Below are positions 12,546 through 25,200 of a stretch of 64,000 nt of DNA, in pieces; within the stretch, counting starts at the first letter, position 1, and every line of letters begins with the position of its first letter. The notes beneath the pieces were generated by a model. It was not told the DNA's origin, searched no databases, and worked only from the letters and a program-made list of their open reading frames with translations. The stretch comes from Haliotis cracherodii. Taxonomy: Eukaryota. A program made the position numbers and the translations under genes. Where the stretch lies: contig NW_027266308.1 in assembly GCF_022045235.1 (NCBI RefSeq), positions 22,878,001 to 22,942,000 of the forward strand. The letters are read 5' to 3'.

Positions 12546-14021
12546 TCAGCCTAACGTTACGCATGCGCCCGTCCCTGACAAGACTCTCGCGAGACCATTT
12601 CTTTTAACGGCAGCAAACGTGATTCTCTGCCTCCACCTGAAGAGTTGGCGTTCGCGTTCTTTGTCCTCCTCCTTAGAGAGCCTCACCAGCTGCACGGCGT
12701 CACGTGCCGTCACGACGCGTGGGGTCTCGTTCTCTGATTGGTCAGATACCAAGTTATCATCGTCTTTGGCACTGGTGTCAATGTACATGTTCCTCGGCGT
12801 AGCGTCATAACTCTGTCGGTTCTTGTCAATGTACATGTTCCTTGGCGTAGCGTCATAACTCCTGTTCCTGTTCATCATGACTTCACGGGGTGAAGCTACT
12901 GCGTTTAAAAACGATTCCTTATACTTTCTCATGTCTTGACCATCCTGGGACATGGTACATGCAGAGGAATTCCGCCTCTTTCTTGCTTCCACTTTGACGA
13001 GCCTGACGCCATCATGCTCAGGTACATCATCTTTGTCGTCTGCTAGATCCGCGTCCAGAGCAGACCTTCCAGCGGCACCATATATGCCGCCGTTTCTATC
13101 CTGTGCACTCGTCACTTCTACCTTGCACAGTCTCGCTCGTCTGTCTGCCGCTTTACCCATGATTTCACCAACTGTTATACGTTTGGAAGGAAGGCCCAGC
13201 AGCGACTTTTGGATTGCAACCAAATTATTGATCTTCAGATCAGAAGCAAGTGTCGGGGACTTGAAGTTCGTCTTCTGTCTCACGAGCGCTTGTCTTTCTT
13301 TGTAATCCATAGACCGCCTGGCTTCTCTGTTCGCTCCTGAAACAACAGGGGGGCTACCCATCGCAGCATGCTTCAGTACAAACTTCCCCTCTTTGTGTTG
13401 CAGTTTGATGTTCACCTCTCCAGCAAGAAGTTTAGAGAACGCAATTGCATGCATTCTAAGCTTCCGCTCTCGTGTATGCTGGGTATTCTGGTCCATGACC
13501 CCGTCGTAAGGGTCAGACGCCACCGAGTGGTGGACGGAAGAACGTCGGCGTGGGTGGGATAACCGTCTCTTGATGTTGACTTCTTTGGGGTAGTCTGCAA
13601 CGGTGGACGGCCTGTTGGGAGGGTGGGGTACAATGACTGGTTGCCTTTTGGCGCACATTCCTGCAGTCTGTGGCCTGTAACTTCTGGTCACGAAACCCCC
13701 TTTCCTCGACCCCCGGTGGGTAAAGATGGCACTCAGTGTGTCTTCCAGGAGGTCCTCCTTCTCAGCATCTTGCCCAATACGACTTCCAGTCGTCTTCTGA
13801 CTCTGCAACTTTTTCAGCTGCTGTTTAATTACCTCTTCCTCTTGGAAATAGTCGCCCATAGTTACAATGAATTCTTTGTAAATCCTTCCACATTCAGTCT
13901 TATACTGTCTCTGATTGGCAGCAGACGACACAAGGCCACCATCGGGAACAGTTATGTCGAGTCCGAAGTCCCGAGCGTCGTATGACGGCTCAAATGTTGG
14001 TAACTTCACTTCCCCCATCAT
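12546..14021 (-). CDS. Uncharacterised basic protein, 491 aa, single long ORF
   Basis: ATG-initiated 1476-nt ORF, non-repetitive except for a 48-nt internal duplication (SYDATPRNMYID twice). No transposon motifs and no family recognised. Confidence 0.75.
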   Translation of the reverse strand: MMGEVKLPTFEPSYDARDFGLDITVPDGGLVSSAANQRQYKTECGRIYKEFIVTMGDYFQEEEVIKQQLKKLQSQKTTGSRIGQDAEKEDLLEDTLSAIFTHRGSRKGGFVTRSYRPQTAGMCAKRQPVIVPHPPNRPSTVADYPKEVNIKRRLSHPRRRSSVHHSVASDPYDGVMDQNTQHTRERKLRMHAIAFSKLLAGEVNIKLQHKEGKFVLKHAAMGSPPVVSGANREARRSMDYKERQALVRQKTNFKSPTLASDLKINNLVAIQKSLLGLPSKRITVGEIMGKAADRRARLCKVEVTSAQDRNGGIYGAAGRSALDADLADDKDDVPEHDGVRLVKVEARKRRNSSACTMSQDGQDMRKYKESFLNAVASPREVMMNRNRSYDATPRNMYIDKNRQSYDATPRNMYIDTSAKDDDNLVSDQSENETPRVVTARDAVQLVRLSKEEDKERERQLFRWRQRITFAAVKRNGLARVLSGTGACVTLG

Positions 14022-16264
14022 GGCAGCAAATACACAACTAGCTAGGATGTGATGTCAATATATTTTCCTCTTCCATAACGAACAGGTATCAAACGAGAGC
14101 ATATTTCAAATTAGATTACCTCTTCTTTAAAGCGTGATCACTCGTCAGTGTCCTGAATCCAAAGGAGACAAGAACTACCAATTTCTAACATCCAGATCCA
14201 ACACTTCATCAGTCTCCAGCCTCAGAAACAACGAGTCGCACCACCTTCATACACTTAACGCTGTGTTCATAGAATGAAACTGCAGACCCAATACTCAAGT
14301 TCTTCTCAGTGTCGTGGGGCTGAATCGGCCGATCTGAATTTTTCTAACTTCGGTTCATGTCGACTCCTTCACAACGCTCGCCAAATCCAGCTGTTCACCT
14401 GTTCCTTGTCAGCAAGTGTCTGACCATGGTCCACAAAAGTCCACTACTCCATACCATATCCTACCATTGTTCTTGTAAGCGGATTATCAGCTGAAATGCG
14501 ATTACAGCCAAAAAGGAGTAGCTAATCCAATGGTGAGATTTCCCTGTTTCTTCAAATCGGTAGAATATATCTGAGGTTCACTTGACCATTGATTGTTGAA
14601 GCATTATAGACGTCACCGCGAAGGGTTAAAAGCCTTGTTTGTGAGGTTTCTTAGATAACCATTTAAGAGTCAGGGTCAATCTGACCACAGTCCAAAACAA
14701 AGATTAAATGCCAGCCCGTTTTCGTTTGCTTCTAAAAACATGTTGATGTTTGTTATGGTTATCTTGCACAACATGCACCTGGACATGTATGTGTTAGTAC
14801 CATTGCCATTTTAGTCTAATTACTAAATATCAAAGACCTATAAAATATAGGGATGTTGCAGAATTTAATATATATATCAAGATATATCAGTATAAATACG
14901 TTTAATGGAATTACATTATAAGTGAGTGAGTGAGGTTTAACGGCGCTTTGGACAGTATATAAATTCTATCTGGCGTCAAGCTACTGATGGAGAACAATTC
15001 GAAGGGATGCAGGTCTTAGACGTTTACCACTTCGGTGAAACCCACGAGCACGAGTTATGATGCCGAGAGACCGAGTCAGGGCTAAAATGGTTCATAGGTT
15101 TCCGGCACTCTAAGTGGTTTTTTTTCGTCTTGTTTCGTCACACTCAAGTTAACATGTAGCATCGGGGCTTTAACAGTCTTCTAAACACACATTGTAATAA
15201 AAAGCAGTATTTTTGTATGCATATAACTAGATGCAACTGTATATGTGTGGGTTATAGTCAGGTGTATGAAGTGTCAAAACCATAGCAGTTTGTTCTCTCA
15301 GTGAACAGTCCTCCTCGGGAACACCTGGTGCTATTACTGACTTTCATTGATCCATTCATATTCATATTAGTTTCTGCCCAATGGAATCTGTTTCGGCGGA
15401 TAATCGAGGCTGACTATTGATGTTTAATAATTGCAGCATGTAAACTCGAGGCTAGTCTATCAAATGGTTTTATTCAAACAAATCAAAAATAACAATGTTC
15501 CTATGTATGGAGCTATTAGATTAAACGCTTAAGTCGGAATTACAAAGCGTTTGTTATTAAGAGTAACGGTCGGTTGACTTGGGGTTCGAGCGGTCATATG
15601 GATCAGGGTCCCGTTCCACAAATCAATCTTAGCCGTAAGTCGAGCGTAACTTCCATTCTTTCACGTTGATTTATGACAGTTGTGGCGTTAAGGTCGCTTT
15701 GTGGAACCAAGGGGTCATGTGGATCAGATTATACCATTGCCAGGTGTTGTTCATCCCACACTACCAGTACACAAAGCTTAAACCCCCTTCCTTATCCACA
15801 AGAAATCTCCTCCAAAGGCAGACTGCAACATTCCGACTATTCCAAGAACATGTGTTTATGAATCGCTATTAAATAGTGATGGTACCAGGTGGTCGCAAAA
15901 AAGGTGAGCGTATCCTGCCCCACCGGGTGGACCGTCAAAAACACATGCACAGGCAAGTCAATTGTTCATGGGAACAACATCTAGTCCTGATTACTCAGTA
16001 CATTATGCCTCCATTCAATAAAGATGAATGCCCCTTTGGCCATCATAACTTCATTATGAGCCTGATTCGTAAGACACGACGCTATAAATAGCGTCCAATC
16101 AGATGACTCTCAGGAGCGAGATATATTATATGCTCAGTCAGTGATAATAGAAAAGGCGATGGCGACGTCATTTTCGAAACGCACCTACAGTGGGTATTTA
16201 TCACTGACGAAATAAGATACAATACACGGGATAATGATGTACACTTCGGAAGCACGCTGGTTGC

Positions 16265-19200
16265 TCAGTTGCTGACACCAAAAGTATACGATGTTGTCTG
16301 CCGGTACGTCTCCCCGGGACGTAGAACGCAGTTGGGGAAGCTTGGCTGAAACAGTGGGAGAGATGGCGGTGTTGATGTATGTCGTATATGTGTAATAACA
16401 TATATGCATATATATAGTATATAATGCATGGTAACAACACCGGTTCTCTGTGATCGTTGTCATTGTCTCTTCTGTGTAGACCAAAGCCTTAATCACTCAT
16501 CCACTTTACGGCCTATCACTTCAACAGTGCCCGTGCTGTTGCTGATTAATGCTCTGACCCATCTGACTGATGCTGTCGAGCGATGACCCACCTGATTGAT
16601 GCTGTCAGGGTAGTGCTGACCCACCTGATTGATGCTGTCAGATGCTGACCCACCTGATTGATGCTGTCAGGGTAGTGCTGACCCACCTGATTGATGCTGT
16701 CAGATGCTGACCCACCTGATTGATGCTGTCAGGGTAGTGCTGACCCACCTGATTGATGCTGTCAGGGTAGTGCTGACCCACCTGTTTGATGCTGTCAGGG
16801 TAGTGCTGACCCACCTGATTGATGCTGTCAGATGCTGACCCACCTGATTGATGCTGTCAGGGTAGTGCTGACCCACCTGTTTGATGCTGTCAGGGTAGTG
16901 CTGACCCACCTGTTTGATGCTGTCAGGGTAGTGCTGACCCACCTGATTGATGCTGTCAGATGCTGACCCACCTGATTGATGATGTGAGGGTAGTGCTGAC
17001 CCACCTGTTTGATGCTGTCGAGCGATGACCCACCTGATTGATGCTGTCAGGGTAGTGCTGACCCACCTGATTGATGCTGTCAAGCACTGACCTACCTGAT
17101 TGATGCTGTCAGGTGCTGACCCACCTGATTGATGCTGTCAAGCACTGACCCACCTGATTGATGCTGTCAGGTGCTGACCCATCTGACTGATGCTGTTAAG
17201 CGCTGACCCATCTGATTGATGCTGTCAGGGTAGTGCTGACCCACCTGATTGATGCTGTCAAGGTAGTACTGACCCACTTGATTGATGCTGTCAGGGTAGT
17301 GCTGACCCACTTGATTGATGCTGTCAAGCACTGACCCACCTGATTGATGCTGTCAGGGTAGTGCTGACCCACCTGATTGATGCTGTCAGGGTAGTGCTGA
17401 CCCACCTGATTGATGCTGTCAGGGTAGTGCTGACCCACCTGATTGATGATGTCAGGGTAGCGCTGACCCACCTGATTGATGATGTGAGGGTAGTGCTGAC
17501 CCACCTGATTGATGTTGTCAGGGTAGTGCTGACCCACCTGATTGATACTGTCGGGTAGTGCTGACCCATCTGATTGATGGAGTCAGGGTAGTGCTGACCC
17601 ATCTGATTGATGGAGTCAGGGTAGTGCTGACCCACCTGATTGATGCTGTCGGGTAGTGCTGACCCACCTGATTGATGCTGTCAGGTAGTGCTGACCCACC
17701 TGATTGATACTGTCGGGTAGTGCTGACCCATCTGATTGATGCTGTCAGGGTAGTGCTGAGCCTCCAGACAGAATCCTCCGTACTGGGAGTAGTTGGCCCC
17801 TCCCTTCCCCGCGAGGTCCTGCAGATAGAAGCTGGTGTAGAACTGCACCCCTGGCTCTGTGGTGTAGCACTCCATCCACCGTCCACTCGGCGGGTGCTCC
17901 ACTCTGTCGGCACAAAACATCTGGTTTATTGGTATCTCTGCTTCGCAGCTTCAATAAAACAAATACCTTGAGTGAGCTGCACTGAAAATGTATTGTCCAA
18001 AAGTTTACACATGGGTGGCATGTGTATTAAGGTCATTGTCATTCCAGTGGTTATACTAAAACAAGCCTCGGCTTGATTTCTGTTTCTGAAATTCATCCAT
18101 GAAAGGAAGGCTTCATAGCGACGGAAAGATAAACAGACGATAGGTTTAACATATGCGAGTCGCATGGACGATACCAACATGATGTTGAATCATCCTGTTA
18201 CCGTATTTACCCATTGAAAATACTTATATCATTTCCATAGTCCCCACCTTGCTGCAAGACGCCTTTCTCCGGACATGGACAGGTTGAAGTTGTGGTCAAA
18301 TCCTTTTCCACCGGGCACCCCTCCAAGCCGGTTCCCAAGACGTACAGGGGACCTCAGGTCCCATTCCGTTCCCTCCACTCTCCGGATCTCGCCTGGAAAA
18401 GTCCAGAGGCTACAGTAAGACGTGGTTATAAGTGGTAGAAGATCGTCAGTATATCGTCTCTACCCATGTCAAACATTACATCACCACGAGCCGTCATCGC
18501 CATGTGGGGGTTCCGTGTTGGATCTCGTCCCCAGCAACCTATGCTGAGGCGACAGATCGGACGGTCAGGTTCGCTGACTTGGTTGATTGCGTCTCATCCT
18601 ACCCCGACGGTGTTGCTGGTTGCTCAAAATATCGTTCACTTAAATGTCTGGTCCAGACTCGATTATTTACACTCCGCCGTCATATAGCTGGACTATTGCA
18701 GGTTGCGGCGTTAAACAACGAACAAACAAACAGTCGTCATAGTGTTATCTACATGCACACAAAGATAAACACGCAACTTACCAGTTGGAATCGCGCAATC
18801 ATCCACAGGTAAAAAAGACTCGGCATTGATTTGTACAACGTGATCATGAATCTTCCCCGAGCCCTGAGAAAATAAATATGCAATATGACTAACACGTGTG
18901 CCCTGGCTTAGGTGTACTGCTTGAACAAGGGGGATATGTTAGATCTTAAGAATATGCCAATGCCCAGCCAGTAGTAAATGGGTGCCCAATGGTATGTTGA
19001 GGTAATAGTATTTACAACTCTGAGGACCATGAGTGATGGTGTTGGGTTTAACGCCGCTTTATCACAATGTTTCACTTATATCACGGTATGTCGGGTTAAT
19101 GAGTGAGTGAGTATGGTTTTATACCGCTTTTAGCAATATTCCAGCAATATCACGGCGGGGGACACCAGAAATAGGCTTCACACATTGTACCCATGTGGGG

Positions 19201-22200
19201 AATCGAACCCAGGCCTTCGTCGTGACCACTAGGCTACCCCAGCGCCCGGGATCATTAATATTTGATGAATAGGGAATGGGCAGCCCAGGCATCTAAGGCG
19301 CCGCAATTAGCTGTGCAGAGTTGTGTCCCTTGAGCGCGCCAAAAACCTATGACCGTGGGTTCGAATTCCGGTTAACCCGATTAAGTTTCTAGGGTTGTCA
19401 GCACCATACCTATGCTCGAGGGTTTCACCAAAGTGGTAAACGTTGGAGATCTGCATCACTTCCAGCTTTCCACTGGAATATTGTTCAAAGCGGGTTTAAT
19501 TCCAACTCACTCATAAATAAATAAAGCAACAGTAAATGGCCACAAAAGAAGCAGCGGTCCTTCTAATGTTTGCCAGAACAGTAATAACTACCACAAGCTG
19601 GCCTGTTAACATATAGAGCCTTATTCAAGCCTGCACTGGGTGGGTGGATAAGACACAGTGCGTCTAAATGTTATATTGCGGGCTATTGAAGAGACACATT
19701 CAGTAGTGATGTTCCTCTTGCTAACCCTGTCAGTACGTGTAGTATCTGACAGGGGCGGTGGGGTAGTGATTAAAGCGTTCCCTTGTCACCCGTGTTTGAT
19801 TTCCAACATGGGTACAATTTCTGTAGCCTATTTCTGGTGTCCCCCGCCGTGATATTGTTGGAATATTGCTGGAAGCGGCGAACAATCATCTCATTCACTC
19901 ACTCACTCACTCTGACAGGGGTGTCTGAAGTAGTGTATGAGTGAGTTGAGTTTGCATCTTTTCAGTCAGATCAGACCGTGTTAGTGGAAAGAAGAACCGT
20001 TGATTGAGGTCGTAGACTCAAACCAATTTGATGAAACCCTTGAGCACAGGGCATATTGCTCATCTTGGATTCGATCCTAGGATAATTTATAAAAGACATA
20101 AGTCCTCTCTACACAAGCCTGAGACCACTTTCCCATCTCATGTCTCCCCAGTTCTGAGTTACCATGGCAACTTACATGTCCTCCAAGGTTAAAGTAACCG
20201 TGGCTGCTGAAGTTGACAGGTGTTGCCTTAGTCGATGTTGCCGTGTAGTCGATTATCAGCTCATTTTCATCAGTCAGTTCGTATGTGACTTTCAGAGTTA
20301 CCTCCCCTGGGTAGTTCTCCTCACCGTCAGGGCTGACATATTTCAGGCTCAGTCTGTTCCCATCAACCTTAGCCTCCCAGAATCTCTAGAAGTTTTGCAA
20401 CATGATGAATTAAACATACTGGCAGAAGATAAGACCCTGCATGTCACTACATTCTTCCTAACGGTGACTCAGACTATGACAGAGAGGCAGCTAGCGCTTC
20501 CTTGGTGCCAGAAGAAAATTTATTGTGACACATGTTACATTCGTTTAACACCTGACATATTCTGCTATCGGTAATAAGGACATGCGACTAGTGTTTCCAG
20601 GCAGCAAAGAGACAGTAAATCATTAAATGTCTTCCTAGAATCACTTGAACATGGATTGACATGTTGCAACTATGACGAACGTTTGTTAAGAGATGGATGA
20701 ACGGCGTCAGAGAATCGGTGCCGTTTACCACGACTTTTTAAACGTCAGCTCAGGCACCTAACAGTTGGGGGAACCTTAAGCACAGGACAATATCATTACT
20801 ATTCTGTACTAACAAATTCGAGGCGTCGTCTGAGAAGTTTCTATAGAATATTAGTCACATGGTCGTTGCTGAAACCTATGATCTAGGATATGTTGCGACC
20901 AAGTAAGCATCATAACCGAGGCCCAGCACCGACCTTGCCAAATCCCCTCTTTCCTCCATGCAGACTGTTGGGTCCATCGTTGACAACCAAAGAGTAGGAG
21001 GTGCCTTCGAGACTGAACTGTCCACCGGCGATCCTGTTGGCGACTCGACCAATCAGAGCACCGATGTACCCACTCGCAGCATAGCCTTTAGTCATGAAGA
21101 AAGTACACTCGGTAGAATATGTTTTGTGTATAGTTTCACATCAGGTTTTGGTTTCCAGTCAGTCAAATCGTTGCCGATGTTCCTATTGCTGGGATAATAC
21201 TGTATGGCAAAAAGGGGAGTATCCTATGATAGAAATTCATATTTTCAGTAGAAATATGTCTGCAGTCTTTGCCACATCTCACTTGAATCTTATACCATTT
21301 TAATCATCTGATCCCATACTCAGTTACGTAAACATCTGACCGTCTCCGTGGTCTAGAGGTAGAGCGTCGACCAGGTGAGCGGAAGGTCGGGGGTTCGACC
21401 CCCGGCCGCGTATTACCAAAAGACGTTAAAACATGGTACTTGATGTTACCCTATCTAGCGTTAGGCATTGAGGGGCTAAAACAAGGACTGTTCGGCTTGG
21501 AGTCAGTATACTGTGTCTGAGTGGGATGTTCATCTTAAACTGCGGCGTGGTATCTCATTGGGCTAGCACTATAAATTGGCATCAGTCCGGACTAGTACAA
21601 GCAGCCACACACACGTGCATGCACGTCGCCATGTAAGTGCAAGAATCTTGGACGCTTCGTTAAACCCAATTTCACCTCACCTCACCGTAAACACTGACCC
21701 GTCAAGATCCGGGTTAGAATACATCTTCAGCATCCCATGCTTGTCTTAAGATGCGACTAATGGGATCGGGTGGTCAAACTCGATGACTTGGTTGATGCAT
21801 GTCATTGCATCCCAATTGCGTTGATCGATGCTCATGATATAGGTCACTGGATTATCTGGTCCAGACTCGATTATTTATTGACACGTGTAGGGAATGGGTG
21901 TCATACGTATCAGTGAGGAATCGCGACCATAAGGCGTGCAAGAAACCGTTACTCATGGCTTCAACTCCAGGGTCGCTCTGGTCTATTTATTGGTACATGT
22001 ACCGTATGTTAGCACCATACCCATACTCGTGGGTATCACCAAAGTGGTGACAATCTGCATTACTCCAAGCTGGCATGTGGTTAGATAAGTTAAATACTGT
22101 TCAAAGCGTTTAACCACGAAACTCACTTGAAAATTTGCCGTTGCAAATTCACATTTGTACACAATATCGTTTCTTACAATATTTTTAACAGACCTTGACA

Positions 22201-25200
22201 GATCTAATGGTGTTTATTGTGTTTAAGTAACATTCGTTGTAGACACTTCTACAATGTGCAACGTGTCCTCGACAATTATGCGAAATGTGTTGCTATTTCG
22301 AGCCTACCTTCCATATCATCAAAGCCGAGGCTGACGTCCTCCTTATTGCCCTTTCTGTCCGGGACGATGATGTCAGTGATGATGCCGCCATAATCTAGGA
22401 CTCTCACGATGACGTTGTTCTTGTTCTGGAACGTGTATCTGGAACAGTGAAACGTAGACTCTTCAAGCTCCATTGTAACATGCAGACCAAGCAGACCAAG
22501 AAGGCCAAGCAGACCAAGCAGGCCCAGCATACCAAACAGACCAAGCAGACCAAGAAGGCCAAGAAGGCAAAATAGACCAAGCAGACCAAGAAGGCTAAGC
22601 AAACCAAGCAGACCAAGACGCACAAGCAGAACAAGCAGACCAAGATGGCCAAGCAGACCAAGAAGGCCAAATAGACTAAGCAGACCAAGACGGACAAGCA
22701 GACCAAGAAGGCCAAATAGACCAAGCAGACCAAGAAGGCTAAGCAGACCAAGAAGGCCAAGAAGGCCAAATAGACCAATCAGACCAAGAAGGCTAAGCAG
22801 ACCAAGAAGGCCAAATAGACCAAGCAGACCAAGACGGACAAGCAGACCAAGAAGGCCAAGAAGGCCAAATAGACCAAGCAGACCATGAAGGCTAAGCAGA
22901 CCAAGAAGGCCAAGAAGGCCAAATAGACCAAGCAGACCAAGACGGACAAGCACACCAAGCAGACCAAGACGGACAAGCAGACCAAGCAGAACATGCGCAA
23001 GCATGTCCACCTTGGTGTACTTTATTCAGCCGCGTTTGGAAATCACAACTTTGACCAACACAAAGCGGTGCATGTCAGTGATCATGGTTTTACGCCAGTT
23101 TTATCTCGACATAGGACAAGAATAAATGGCTTCACACATGTGTCTTTGGTGTGACGAGCCAAAGATCAAACCAATCTGCACATTTAAACAGAGAAAACAT
23201 GTCCGGACATAACATATACTCTTAAAAAAAAAGAAACGCAATAAAGATATTTTGGGCCATAAAATCAAAATTAGCCAATGCAGCAGCACTATGAACGGTA
23301 TTGAAGCGTATCCGACACCGCCCAAAATCGCTACATCCGACTGCGCCACCTACGTGAAAGGAAGACCACAGCCACCTCAACCGCATCTCAAATAACAGGA
23401 CTGCGCAGAATCTCCGACCATACCGTACGAAACCGTTTAAGAGCAGCAGGTCTACGAGCAAGACGTCCTGTTCGGCGCGTCATATTGAGTCGACAACATC
23501 GTCAACAACGACTGCAATGGTGTCGTCAACACAGGATATTGTCTCCACTGCGATGGAGAGATGTCTGGTCCAGCGACGAATCAAGATTTCTCCTCCGGCG
23601 TGGGATGGGTCTGCAGACGCCGGAGAGAATGTTACGCTGGAAACTGCGTACAGGAAGTGGACAGGTTTAGTGGGGGTAGCTTTATGATGTGGGCGGCTAT
23701 CTCTCATCATGGCAGGACAGGTTTGGTCCATAACCAGGGAAATCTTAAGGCTCAACAATACCACACGTCCTCCCAATTGCAGCCAACGGCAACGGTGTAT
23801 TCCAACAGGACACATACATCACGGATCGCAAGAGTCTGTCTACACAATGACAACGTTGATGTTCTCCCCCGGCCCTCCAAATCCCCGAATTTGAACCCGA
23901 TAGAGCACCTGTGGGATGAATGGGATAGAAGGCTACGCCGACGTCAACCACAGCCCAAGGCATTGCAACAGTTGGCTTTTGCGTTGCAGGCCGAGTGGGA
24001 ATACCATTCCCTAGGATGTGATTCGCATACTCGTTTCTTCCATGGGCAGGAGATGTCAGGCCGCTATCGATTCCAACGGAGGACATACGCGTTATTGATG
24101 GTAGCTGACCTTCACCTTGGACGTTTCCTTTATACCGATAACTGAGATGACTACAATCACCTAGCGTTCTACAACATTTAGGCTCAATACCTTGTACGGT
24201 TCCTCGTATAAATGTATTTTCCCACCTTACACAAATCTGGCTTTGCGGGTTTTATGAGTATAAATGAGATGTTCCTTCCCAACTTTGCTGGACCATCCAC
24301 ATTCCACTCCCGTGGAGCACCAACACGTCCATTGTTATCCAGGCGAAGCGGCGGTCCCGTGACTAATGCCACTATTACTTATGAAGGACTAGTAGGGTTG
24401 AGTTATAATTCTCAACTCAAAACAGTATGTGAATATCACAGAAAACATTCACATACCTAATTAATATCTAGGTAAACATTCCGACACTGACATAAGATAG
24501 ATATTTAAAATGTTACCTGTATGTATGGATATTTAACACGTGTTTCGTCTAGTTCCAGAGAATGCATAATATAAAGAACTTGCCCATCCATTTATCGGAA
24601 ACATTACGGTAAAGCCTTTTATTAACTAGATATATCATTCAATCGAAGCCTTATGGTTCAAGACAAATCCTTTTCGGATCATCAATTATCGTCACTCCGC
24701 ATTTTCATCATCATAAGAAATCTTTACTGCACGATTCCGACTTTATTATAAGTATGTGTTTATGAATGATACCAGGTGTTCGGGAAAAGGTGAGCGTATC
24801 ATGTCGCGCGACACAAACACATGCAAAGGCAAGGAAAAACTAATGAAGATTGTTTGGTCACAGTGCTTGACCTGGCCGACATTAAGCTGACAGCGACCAC
24901 CCTTGTTTATTCTAACAACAACCATGCTCGAAAATTTACACACCACAATTATGAAGCTGAACTATTGCTGATTGCGGCACAAAACAGCCACATTTCACTC
25001 CGTAGTACCGCAAAACTCGATACAAGTTCGCTCTACAAAGAGATGTCAGCAATACGACTGCCGTAAGTCTATGTTAAAGTATAGTAGTTGCTATTATCTC
25101 TTGAAACTGGGTTTCACTGTTCGCAGCGATAAATTAACTATCAGTGTGTATCCTGGAGTGCCTGTCTGATAACCTAATCACGACCCCTTCAAAACAGCCT

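Noticed and set aside
20934-21095. AAG acceptors of exon 3 in GALM-A and GALM-B as defects
   Set aside because: AAG is an allowed though less common 3' splice site, it is shared by both copies, and exon length and phase match GALM-C.
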